A stretch of DNA of 64,000 bases from assembly GCA_951813565.1 (NCBI GenBank), contig OX638351.1, forward strand, positions 384,001 through 448,000. Direction: 5' to 3'. Shown here one piece after another: positions 11,515-20,675 of this stretch. The notes beneath the pieces were generated by a model that had not been told where the DNA came from, did not search any database, and saw only the letters and a program-made list of their open reading frames with translations. The translations under genes and the position numbers were made by a program. Source of the stretch: an uncultured Poribacteria bacterium (lineage in GTDB: Bacteria; Poribacteria; WGA-4E; WGA-3G). How positions within the stretch are numbered: position 1 is the first letter of the stretch; each line of letters starts with the position of its first letter.

Positions 11515-11542
11515 AGGCGCAATGAATTGCGCGACTACAAAC
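11515..11542 (-). repeat. REP palindrome, identical copy at 44206-44233
   Basis: AGGCGCAATGAATTGCGCGACTACAAAC at both sites; variant at 794-817. Confidence 0.85.
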
Positions 11543-11609
11543 TTCACAAATGCCAAGAAAGTGACTTAGAATATCTAAACCTTATTTACTACTCCAACAG
11601 GAAGCAACG

Positions 11610-12434
11610 ATGGCTACATTAAACGAACGACTTGAGACATATAAATCTGATGGCTTCACCATCTTTGAAAAAGTTTTTGATGAAACACAGATGGAACTTT
11701 GGAAAGAGAAGCACCAAGAACTTTCTGCAGCGCATAATGGGCAAACATGGTTCGGCAACACGCTTGAATTAGCACCTGAACTGATGTGGCCCGCTGTTTC
11801 ACATCCTACTATTCTTGAATTCATAGAAAAGGTGATGGGACCTTTTGTGCAGTTAGACAACTTGACGCTTGCCGCGTTTGCATCAATTGAACCTGATAAG
11901 GCGAAAGGAAGAGTTTCAGGTTGGCATCGCGATCGGTGGGCGCATGTGCCTTTCACTGACGCGTATCATCGTCCCAATGCAATTAATGCTATTTCATACC
12001 TGCAAGACCTAACGCATGAGTTTGGTCCATTACGTGTCATTGTTGGTTCACACCGAAAACCGATTACTATTGAAGATGCTAACCGCGGAATACCGCATCC
12101 CGACGAAACCATTATCCACATGAAGGCAGGCGATGTCGTCATAACACATAACGGACTCATCCATTCTGGTACACCGAATACTTCTGGACAACTGCGTTAC
12201 TTTTTTAGTATCTACTATAACTTGACTTGGCTGAAACACACCGATCACCACACTGGACAGCATACACAAAAATTGCTTGAAGAAGCAAGAGCTGCAAACA
12301 ATCACCAACTAATGCGCCTCCTCGGTGTTGACGAGCAGCTCCAACCGCGATGTAACTCAGGCTTTCTCCAATCCGACGAAAAACGGTGGGAAGAATGGGC
12401 AACCGCAGACCGCGCCGCTATAAAGGAGAAATAG
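11610..12434 (+). CDS. Phytanoyl-CoA dioxygenase (PhyH) family Fe(II)/2OG enzyme
   Basis: WHRD motif, GPLRVIVGSH, distal His in IHSG. Confidence 0.9.
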   Translation: MATLNERLETYKSDGFTIFEKVFDETQMELWKEKHQELSAAHNGQTWFGNTLELAPELMWPAVSHPTILEFIEKVMGPFVQLDNLTLAAFASIEPDKAKGRVSGWHRDRWAHVPFTDAYHRPNAINAISYLQDLTHEFGPLRVIVGSHRKPITIEDANRGIPHPDETIIHMKAGDVVITHNGLIHSGTPNTSGQLRYFFSIYYNLTWLKHTDHHTGQHTQKLLEEARAANNHQLMRLLGVDEQLQPRCNSGFLQSDEKRWEEWATADRAAIKEK

Positions 12435-12437
12435 ACG

Positions 12438-13184
12438 ATGGCTGAAGTTCCTGTAGTGCCACCGACGCTCAACGTTGAACTCGACCACCAATTGCAGCAA
12501 GAGGTCAATTTTTTTCTAAAGTGGGGCTACCTTATTGTCAACGATGCCGCGAATCCTGAACAGATTGAGTCACTACGCAACGCGCTTGATGAAAGTTACG
12601 AGAGAAATAACAAAAGCCAATTCATCGGTGAACTGCTTGAAGAGGACGATAGGTTTGCATTTCTACTTGACAATCCGCCTGTGATGAAACGGATGGAAGC
12701 GATATTGGGGACGTGTGTTCAACTTCACAGTGCAACTGCTCGCATCACTGAACCGGGAACGCCTGACCAAAATTGGCATCGTGATGGGCCTTGGCCCGTT
12801 GATCCATTTGGAACGCCCTATGGGTCTCTCCCTGCTCAGATAAACTGTGGATACTACCTTGACGAAGTCACTGACGAAACAGGACCAACCGTTGTTCAGC
12901 CCGGCAGCCATCGTGCTCCATTCCGTCCACCCCCAAGTCCAGTCCAGCTTCCTGATGAAAAACGCGTGTTAGTTTCTCCAGGGCAAGCAGTGATGTTTGA
13001 TGGATGGACGTGGCATCGCGGTGCCGCAAACACTTCTTCACAACGCCGACGTGTTTGTTTGATGTGTTATCAAAATGCGTGGATGAAATCTCGCGAACCG
13101 TTTAATGGACCGCGCGTCACACGACTTCGTGAAGAAGGAACACCGCAACAAAAGTTATTGCTTGGTGCAATTCCAAAATGGTAA
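12438..13184 (+). CDS. PhyH family Fe(II)/2OG dioxygenase
   Basis: WHRD, GPTVVQPGSH, WHRGAANTS...RR. Confidence 0.9.
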   Translation: MAEVPVVPPTLNVELDHQLQQEVNFFLKWGYLIVNDAANPEQIESLRNALDESYERNNKSQFIGELLEEDDRFAFLLDNPPVMKRMEAILGTCVQLHSATARITEPGTPDQNWHRDGPWPVDPFGTPYGSLPAQINCGYYLDEVTDETGPTVVQPGSHRAPFRPPPSPVQLPDEKRVLVSPGQAVMFDGWTWHRGAANTSSQRRRVCLMCYQNAWMKSREPFNGPRVTRLREEGTPQQKLLLGAIPKW

Positions 13185-13232
13185 TGCAAATAGTAGGCAC
13201 AATCCTTGTGCCGTAACCAACGGAGAAATTAT

Positions 13233-14687
13233 ATGAATATCGCTTACATTGTTATTGACACACTACGCTATGATCACATCGGGGCAAATGGCAACGATTG
13301 GATAGAAACACCGAATATTGATCGCTTTGCATCTAAAGCGTGGGTTTATGATCGCGCTTTTTGCGCCAGTTTTCCGACTATCCCTTATCGTACCGATGTT
13401 ATCACGAGTCAATACGGTGCACCTTTCCATCCGTGGAAACCTCTAAGACATGAACGGCAGACATTACCGTGGACACTTGCACAGCGCGGATATGCCACAC
13501 AACTCATTCACGACACACCACATCTTGTCAACGGCGGACATAACTTTGATTGGCCCTTTCACGCATGGACATTTGTCCGTGGTGCTGAAGTAGATCGGGA
13601 CTGGATTATGGATACCGTTCCGTGGCCAGAAAATTGGGTTAAGGAAGCCCTTTTTGATAGTCTTGATGATGGGGCATTTCAATCAAATATGCTCCGAAGT
13701 TATGCGCGTGCCAACCGAAATCGTAAAAAATTGGAAGATTGGAACTGCGCCAAGCTTTTTAACACAGCTGCGCAATTCCTCAAAGACAACGCAAAACGAG
13801 AGAATTTCTTCCTTTGGGTAGATTGCTTTGATCCGCATGAACCGTGGGATGCCCCACCCGAATTCATGAAAAAATATGACAAACGTCCCGACTACGATGG
13901 CAACATTGACCCTCGCAGTCTCGGTAGTAGAAACAACAATAATCTCTCTGATGAGGCGAGACAACACATCAAGGCACAATATTCTGCGAAGTTAACATGG
14001 ATGGATCACTGCTTCGGACAATTTTTGGATGCGCTTGAATCCACTGGACTTGATAAAAATACTGCTGTCATTTTAACAGGCGATCACGGCACGAATGTCG
14101 GTGAACGCGGTTCGTTTGGTAAAGGACAACCTGTGCGTGAACAGGAAGGACACGTCCCGCTTTTTGTCCGTTTACCAGAAGGAGATTCAGGCCGTAGCGA
14201 CGTTATCGTTCAACCGCAGGATTTCTTCCCGACTATTTTGAGTATTCTTGGCGAAGATTATCCAGAAGGTATTGAAGGACACGATTTTGTAACACCTGCT
14301 CGCGAAGGAAAATCAGGTGAAAGAGAACTGGCACTATCAGGAGGAAGCGTTGAGAGATGGAAACAAGCATCAAATAAAGAAAAATTCATCCTCTTTACCG
14401 CTTTTGATCAAGACTGGAGTTTAGAGGTTGCAGCAAAACCTGAAAATTCCAAACTTGTCAAACTCGGTGAGTTAGAGTACGTTCAGGATCAGCATCAGGA
14501 TATCGTAGCGGAACTACATGCTGCCGCTGTTGATGAAATAGAACGCCGCGGCACTGATCCAGCACTCATCGCGTGGCTCCGAAGTGGTGGGGAGGACGCG
14601 TTTCCTGAAAACCCAAATTATTGGGATGGATATCCTGGTCCTGCTGGGTTTCGCCCCTATTTCGGAAAACTCTATTCTGGAGAGTAG
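13233..14687 (+). CDS. Sulfatase-like hydrolase (alkaline phosphatase superfamily) with Thr at the nucleophile position
   Basis: IDTLRYDH, TPNID, PTIPYR in place of C/SxPxR, FDPHEPW, GDHG. Confidence 0.85.
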   Translation: MNIAYIVIDTLRYDHIGANGNDWIETPNIDRFASKAWVYDRAFCASFPTIPYRTDVITSQYGAPFHPWKPLRHERQTLPWTLAQRGYATQLIHDTPHLVNGGHNFDWPFHAWTFVRGAEVDRDWIMDTVPWPENWVKEALFDSLDDGAFQSNMLRSYARANRNRKKLEDWNCAKLFNTAAQFLKDNAKRENFFLWVDCFDPHEPWDAPPEFMKKYDKRPDYDGNIDPRSLGSRNNNNLSDEARQHIKAQYSAKLTWMDHCFGQFLDALESTGLDKNTAVILTGDHGTNVGERGSFGKGQPVREQEGHVPLFVRLPEGDSGRSDVIVQPQDFFPTILSILGEDYPEGIEGHDFVTPAREGKSGERELALSGGSVERWKQASNKEKFILFTAFDQDWSLEVAAKPENSKLVKLGELEYVQDQHQDIVAELHAAAVDEIERRGTDPALIAWLRSGGEDAFPENPNYWDGYPGPAGFRPYFGKLYSGE

Positions 14688-14867
14688 TATTTCCTACATG
14701 GCTACAAAAAGATTTTGCTGGCGAGTCTTATCCTCGCCAGTTTTTACTTACACACCCGCCCTTAGCGCATCGTTGACTTTTTTTCTTAAAAATATTACTA
14801 TGTTTACAATTGAATATACAGCAGCATAGTTTATTATTTTCTCTAAAACATAGAAATAGGAGATGTT

Positions 14868-15725
14868 ATGAACACAGAATCAACGTCGCAAGAACGGCGT
14901 TTTGGCTTGAGCGCAGAAGAACTTTCATTTTGGAACGAAAATGGTTATCTCGTCCGTTTAGATGTATTTACCGCTGAAGAGAATGATGCACTTCGCCAAG
15001 TTGCAGAAGATATTGTTGACGGGAAACGCCCGTTTCCCTCCGCACACATTGATCAGAACGCACTCGTCAGAGACGGGAAAATTGAGGAGCAGGGTATTTA
15101 TGCGATGCACAAGATTCATCATCCAAGTTGTTACTGCCCAGAATTTCTTGCACGTGTGCGTGATACGCGTCTAACCGACCCGCTCGTTGATATGATAGGG
15201 TCAGATATCCTTGGTATCAACAATCTGTTTATCTGGAAAGCACCTAAGATTGGACTCGGTTTTCCTTGGCATCAAGATAAGTTCTATTTTCGGAATAGGT
15301 TTAATACGAAGACGACTATCGGGACATGGACGGCTATTGACCCAGCGGACCGTGAGAACGGTTGTCTTTACGTTATCCCTGGTAGCCACAAAGGCGATAT
15401 TCATGAACATGATGACCTTGAAGGTTCACAACAGCGTGAATTTAAACTGGCACGAGGCGCACGCGATGAAGATGGTGTTGCTGTGGAAGTGCCGCCCGGT
15501 GCTGTTGTCTGGTTTCACAGCCATCTTCTGCATAAGAGTACGGACAATCATAGTCTTCGGTTTCGGCGTAGTTATGTTTCTCATTATCTAAGTGCACAGG
15601 CAGAATGGGCAAAAGGGGACGGAACATATAGAGGGCAACCTGTGATGTGGGTTCGCGGCAAGACTTTTCCGGATAAGGTGCATGAAATTGAACGTGATGT
15701 ATTGCCTGTTCCGGAATCTGAATGA
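14868..15725 (+). CDS. PhyH family Fe(II)/2OG dioxygenase
   Basis: FPWHQD, NGCLYVIPGSH, LLHKS..N.S..FRR. Confidence 0.92.
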   Translation: MNTESTSQERRFGLSAEELSFWNENGYLVRLDVFTAEENDALRQVAEDIVDGKRPFPSAHIDQNALVRDGKIEEQGIYAMHKIHHPSCYCPEFLARVRDTRLTDPLVDMIGSDILGINNLFIWKAPKIGLGFPWHQDKFYFRNRFNTKTTIGTWTAIDPADRENGCLYVIPGSHKGDIHEHDDLEGSQQREFKLARGARDEDGVAVEVPPGAVVWFHSHLLHKSTDNHSLRFRRSYVSHYLSAQAEWAKGDGTYRGQPVMWVRGKTFPDKVHEIERDVLPVPESE

Positions 15726-15749
15726 TATTTTGCGATGGGAGCGCAACTA

Positions 15750-16196
15750 CTAAGCTGCCGCAGGATGGACAGCGGTAATTCCTTCCAGAGCATAGCGGAT
15801 GAAGTCTGCCGTGTTAAAGGTCAAGATACGTTCTACATTATGGGAAATCATTGATACCACTAACCGTGCATCGTGAACTTTAGTGCCTAACACTTTGTGT
15901 TTCACAACAAGCCGTCTCCATTCGGAATACATTTCGGGTGAATCTGGCATCAAAGGGAAAAGTTGTTCCAATTCTTACAAGAACTGTTCTGTTTCAGATG
16001 GTGGACGCCCGAGACATTCTTTTACATTAGTAGGGGGAGTTGATAAGTTCCAAAATTCCGCTAAATTTTGCGATGTCGTCAGTAGTTGGTGACCTGCTAC
16101 TTTCAATTTTTGCAACTGCATCTTGAACAATTTATAATTTGGATTATCAGGGTGTGAAAATGGCACCAAAACGTCGGTATCAACGAGATAAATCAT
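15750..16196 (-). pseudogene. PIN-domain (VapC-like) toxin split by an in-frame TAA at 15975-15977
   Basis: YLVDTDVL...QNLAEFWN in the first ORF and VHDARLV...ILTFNTADF in the second, same frame. Confidence 0.85.
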
Positions 16197-16417
16197 AATT
16201 TTGGATGACCTTCGTATATGCTTTCGCGGCTAATTGCGTAATCGGATAACGGCTTGGCATCAGGACGGTCAAATTTTCTTGATAAGTCTGCGAGTCTCTG
16301 TAATGCAGCTTTGAACTCCTCATGTGATAACTGTTGATTGTTGTCTGTTAACGGCACATCCGTACTTTCAGGAATCTCTATAACTCGACCACTATTAGAG
16401 TAAGTATAAATTGCCAT
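16193..16417 (-). CDS. Putative antitoxin
   Basis: Small ORF overlapping the PIN start by 4 nt; C-terminal LSDYAISRESIY motif seen in partners of PIN toxins. Confidence 0.65.
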   Translation of the reverse strand: MAIYTYSNSGRVIEIPESTDVPLTDNNQQLSHEEFKAALQRLADLSRKFDRPDAKPLSDYAISRESIYEGHPKL

Positions 16418-16698
16418 TGTTTTTTTCCTTTTCATGACGAATTCACGTCCGTATTTATCTCCTCATTTTGCTCTTTTTCCTGCAATCCTGCTCTCGCTTG
16501 TTGATATCAATATCAACTTCTTCTAAAACTTCTGGTTGAATTTCGTTAGGGAATCTAGCTAATCATCTTTCCGATCCACTCAAAAATATACTGCAGATCA
16601 TTCACACCATTCGGTTAAAAACGATGCCGTGTTTATCAATTGTGACACAATATTGAGTTTTTAGCCATTCCAAAGATAAACGGGAAGGGTGTGTAAAA

Positions 16699-16727
16699 TT
16701 GCAAAACACTGCTAAATGTGGTATAAT
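16699..16727 (+). promoter_or_regulatory. sigma70 promoter, probably giving a leaderless mRNA
   Basis: TTGCAA-N17-TATAAT with extended TG; only 6 nt between the -10 box and ATG 16734; no SD. Confidence 0.7.
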
Positions 16728-16733
16728 AGTGAT

Positions 16734-17099
16734 ATGAAAGACTACATATTGCTATTTTTCAACGTTTTATTGACTGTTATGGGGCAAATCTTACTAAAAC
16801 AGGGAGTCAGTAAGGTAGGCGTTATCAAATTTCGAGAATTAGTGCCAAAACTAACACAGGTAATATTGAATCCGTATGTTATCGGTGGTATTTCGGTCTA
16901 CGGTTTTACAACATTTGTCTGGCTCGTTATTCTTTCGCGTGTTAAGCTCAGTATTGCTTACCCAATGTTGAGTTTAGGATATGTCCTGACAATACCATTT
17001 TCATGGTTGTTTTTCAAAGAATCTATCCCCAAAGTTCGTATTATCGGTGCGATTATTATCTGTATCGGTGTTTATCTTGTTGCGCAAGGAGAAACATAA
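16734..17099 (+). CDS. EamA/SMR (ArnE/ArnF-like) small membrane transporter
   Basis: Four TM helices; GQILLKQG, LSIAYPMLSLGY and FKESI motifs. Confidence 0.85.
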   Translation: MKDYILLFFNVLLTVMGQILLKQGVSKVGVIKFRELVPKLTQVILNPYVIGGISVYGFTTFVWLVILSRVKLSIAYPMLSLGYVLTIPFSWLFFKESIPKVRIIGAIIICIGVYLVAQGET

Positions 17100-17567
17100 T
17101 TGATGCGAGAGCCAGCATCTAATCTTCGCTCAAATAACATTTCTGAAGATAGACAGGACCAGCCTATTCCAGCCCGATCTTATTCTGCGATGATATTGTC
17201 TGTAATTCTTCCCGGACTTGGACAGATATACTTAGGACGATTCATGAAGGGTTGTATAATTTTATTTGTATTTGCTTTAGCAATTGCGCTCTTCTATCTC
17301 AACTCATACCCGGTGAAAGGATGGCGCGATTTAGCACGATTTGGACCCGCTACGCAAGCTGAAACTTCGACTAATGACAACGCAGATGCTGAAATAGATT
17401 CCGAACGTTCAATTCATCTTTGGACACTTGATAGTGGGAAAAAGTTGATGTTTCGCCCTTCTTGGATCCTAAAAATCACTTCCTCTATCCAAGCGATAAT
17501 ATGTTGGATATATGCAGTAAGTGATGGATGGCGTGGCAGAAGTAAATTCAGAGGACCTGAGTTTTGA
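17100..17567 (+). CDS. Hypothetical membrane protein
   Basis: LSVILPGLGQIYLG...KG motif, three hydrophobic segments. Confidence 0.7.
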   Translation: MMREPASNLRSNNISEDRQDQPIPARSYSAMILSVILPGLGQIYLGRFMKGCIILFVFALAIALFYLNSYPVKGWRDLARFGPATQAETSTNDNADAEIDSERSIHLWTLDSGKKLMFRPSWILKITSSIQAIICWIYAVSDGWRGRSKFRGPEF

Positions 17568-17650
17568 GTAGACGAGATCAAGGGTTATGTTTTCCCTTAC
17601 ATATTTCTAAATACAAACTACCAAATTAACATCACCAAGCGCTGCTAAAA

Positions 17651-19021
17651 ATGATTGATTGGCGCGTTATGCTTATTACAAAACTCAAAATCAAACTGAA
17701 TTGTTTTTTGACAATTTTATGTAGTATTTCTATTGTGCTGCTTGGATGTCAATTTAACTCCTTGAAAAAGAGCGAGGAGTTTCTGGATAGTGGGATGCCA
17801 CAAGAGGCAGTAGAGAAATTGGAGGCTTTTATAGAATCGTCACCTCAGAACCCAGAGGCACGGATGCTGCTCGGAAAAGCGTATAATGAAATAGGGCGTT
17901 ATAATGATGCTATTGGGCAATTCCAAAAGGCTTCACAACTTTATACTGCACAACCAGAAAAACGGATGAATGCCCGTCTTGAATCGGCACGTACCTACCT
18001 CATATTTGGTGATAGAAAGACCGCTTTTCGTATACTCAACATCGTTCAAAAAGGCACTTCAGATTCCAAAATTTTACAAAAAATCATAGAACTGGCAGGA
18101 GATAGTTATAAGACAAAACAACTTACCCGTGGTAATTACGATAACTATTCACCTATCTTCTCCCCGGATGGCACACAAATTGCTTTCTCATCTTTTCGTC
18201 TTGATAATAGTGATATTTATTTGATGGATTTGGAGGGACAGATTCAGCGGCGTGTAACATTTACAACGGATTTCAACGACAGCTCACCTGCATTTCTAAA
18301 GACTCCTAATTATATTTTTTATAGTAGTGAACCCAAATCGTCAAGAGAAGTTAAAATAGTCCTTCAAAGTAGTGGCTCAACCCCGATTTACACAGGTTTT
18401 AACATAACACATATCCACAGCAAAGTTACTCGTCCTATTATACCCATCAGTTTTGGCGCACGCGTACCACGATCCTCTCCTTCAGGAAACCAGATAGTTT
18501 ACGAATCAAATACTGACGGCAACTTGGAATTGTATTTTCTTGATTTAAACGGACTCGACCTTACACAAATAACACCTGAGAAAGTCAATCCGAAACGTCT
18601 TACACACAATGAAACTGACGAAGGAAGTCCTGCCTTCTTTCCAGACGGGAAACGTGTTGTGTTTGTTTCCTCACGAAATGAAGTACATCAACTCTATACA
18701 ATGAATATTGACGGACAAAACGAAAAACATTTTAATCCAAACCGTTATGATTGTTACAACCCTACAGTGTCGCCAGATGGAAAAACAATTGCCTATGTGT
18801 CAGCAAGAGATGGTGACTGGGAAATCTATTTGATTGATACGAATGGAAAAAATGAACGTAAGATCACAAGTGATATCGGCAGGTCTATCCAACCCACATT
18901 TTCCCCGGATGGGCGTTACATCGCTTTTGTTTCCGATAGAAGCGATAACTTTCACATCTATCTAATGGATCTAAAAAAACCTGTTACTCGCGAGGATTTA
19001 GTGAAACGTTTGCAAGAGTAA
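17651..19021 (+). CDS. TPR + PD40/TolB-like beta-propeller lipoprotein
   Basis: LLGC lipobox, TPR helices, repeated P.FSPDG..IAF.S.R.G..EIY blades. Confidence 0.88.
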   Translation: MIDWRVMLITKLKIKLNCFLTILCSISIVLLGCQFNSLKKSEEFLDSGMPQEAVEKLEAFIESSPQNPEARMLLGKAYNEIGRYNDAIGQFQKASQLYTAQPEKRMNARLESARTYLIFGDRKTAFRILNIVQKGTSDSKILQKIIELAGDSYKTKQLTRGNYDNYSPIFSPDGTQIAFSSFRLDNSDIYLMDLEGQIQRRVTFTTDFNDSSPAFLKTPNYIFYSSEPKSSREVKIVLQSSGSTPIYTGFNITHIHSKVTRPIIPISFGARVPRSSPSGNQIVYESNTDGNLELYFLDLNGLDLTQITPEKVNPKRLTHNETDEGSPAFFPDGKRVVFVSSRNEVHQLYTMNIDGQNEKHFNPNRYDCYNPTVSPDGKTIAYVSARDGDWEIYLIDTNGKNERKITSDIGRSIQPTFSPDGRYIAFVSDRSDNFHIYLMDLKKPVTREDLVKRLQE

Positions 19022-19070
19022 ACTTAATACTTTTTCAGTGACCTAATAGGGTAACCGAGGAGATTAAAAC

Positions 19071-20036
19071 ATGTTTCGGGTAACCAAACCAGAAGGCTTC
19101 GGCAATATCCAATTAGAAGAGGTGCCGATTCCAGAGATAAATACAAACCAAATACGGGTAAAGACAGATACAACCTTAATCAGCCGTGGCTCCGAACTTT
19201 TTAGACGATACATTCTTGAAGAGTCGGTTTCACCTTCAATCATGGGATACTCTCTTACGGGAACTGTGGATGCTGTCGGAAATCAGATCACAGATTATCG
19301 TGTTGGTGATCGGGTCATGGTTGTGGCGCCGCACGCCGAATACGTTGTCGCTGAACCGAATGCAACTGATGGTCGCATCGTCCATCTTCCCACAGATGTT
19401 AGTTTTGAAGAGGGAACTTTTCTTCCGCTTGCGACGAGTTCTGTTGCTTGGGCGGACTCATCCGGTGTCCAAGCTGGAGACACAGTCGTTGTTTTGGGGC
19501 AAGGTTTGGTCGGCAGTTTGATGATGCAGGTCGTCCGTAGTTATTCTCCCGAACGAATTATCACTGTAGATGCGCTGCCATTACGGTGTGAACTTTCTGT
19601 TCGACTTGGGGCAGATGTGTCTATAAACGCTGAAGAAGAGGATCCTATCCAAGCGGTGCGTCGTCTCACCGATGGCAAAGGTGCAGATTTGGTTATAGAT
19701 TGTGTCGGTGGACATGCGGGTGTTAAGTCGTTTGAACAAGCACAGGATATGGTTCGCCAATATGGGATTATTCAACTCATTGCACTCTACCAGCAAAAAC
19801 CGCTCCCTTTACATTCGTCAAAGATGATGAGCAAGCGGCTTGTTGCTGGTATCCTGACTGATGAACCACGTTCAAATATTGCTGCCCGCGCACTGGAAAA
19901 AATACAGAAAGGTGAGATTGGTGCATCTGACATGATTACGCATCGGTTTCACTATACAGAAGCAAAAGCAGCGTTTGATCTACTATGGAATACACCTGGG
20001 GATACGCTTGGTGTATTGATAAAGTGGAAAAAGTAG
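19071..20036 (+). CDS. Medium-chain dehydrogenase/reductase (zinc-binding ADH-like fold, canonical Zn ligands absent)
   Basis: GQGLVG Rossmann motif; ISRGSE and MGYS replace the CxxD and GHE motifs. Confidence 0.85.
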   Translation: MFRVTKPEGFGNIQLEEVPIPEINTNQIRVKTDTTLISRGSELFRRYILEESVSPSIMGYSLTGTVDAVGNQITDYRVGDRVMVVAPHAEYVVAEPNATDGRIVHLPTDVSFEEGTFLPLATSSVAWADSSGVQAGDTVVVLGQGLVGSLMMQVVRSYSPERIITVDALPLRCELSVRLGADVSINAEEEDPIQAVRRLTDGKGADLVIDCVGGHAGVKSFEQAQDMVRQYGIIQLIALYQQKPLPLHSSKMMSKRLVAGILTDEPRSNIAARALEKIQKGEIGASDMITHRFHYTEAKAAFDLLWNTPGDTLGVLIKWKK

Positions 20037-20048
20037 AATTTCTATAGT

Positions 20049-20621
20049 ATGACTCCAGACACACAATCTGAAATTACTTTTCGGGCGAAATTGCGCGGAT
20101 TTGACCTTACCTTTACCACCACGTGGGGACTTTTTTCACCAAGAGCAGTTGATGCAGGAACACAAATGTTGATAGAACTGTTAGAAATTGAACAAGGCGA
20201 CACATGCCTTGACCTCGGATGTGGGTACGGCGCCATCGGTGTGGCTATGGCAAAGTGCAAAGAAACTGCGGATGTCTACATGGTAGACAAAGATTTTGTC
20301 GCAGTAGAATATGCAAGTAAAAATGCGAAACAGAATCAACTCTCAAATTGTCATGTCCTTTTAAGCAATGGGTTTAGCCATCTGCCCGATATTCAATTTG
20401 ATGTTATTGCTTCAAACTTACCAGCCAATGTTGGTAAAGAACTCCTGCAGATATTTTTTATAGACGCAAAGCGACATCTGAAACAGAATGGAAGGATGTA
20501 TGTCGTGACAATTTCTGGGCTACGAGAATTTATCAAACGCAATTTTATGGAAGTTTTTGGAAACTATCGGAAGGTTAAACAACGGAATACACATACGGTT
20601 GCGATGGCAACTTTTACTTAA
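20049..20621 (+). CDS. Class I SAM methyltransferase (RsmC/MTS-like)
   Basis: GLFS...VDAGT, LDLGCGYG, IASNLP. Confidence 0.85.
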   Translation: MTPDTQSEITFRAKLRGFDLTFTTTWGLFSPRAVDAGTQMLIELLEIEQGDTCLDLGCGYGAIGVAMAKCKETADVYMVDKDFVAVEYASKNAKQNQLSNCHVLLSNGFSHLPDIQFDVIASNLPANVGKELLQIFFIDAKRHLKQNGRMYVVTISGLREFIKRNFMEVFGNYRKVKQRNTHTVAMATFT

Positions 20622-20675
20622 TTGAGTGAAATATAGGAATAAATTTGAAAACTAAATTCAATCTATTTATGAGGT

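Noticed and set aside
16440..16680. Possible gene remnant upstream of the antitoxin
   Set aside because: Short broken frames with no recognisable motif
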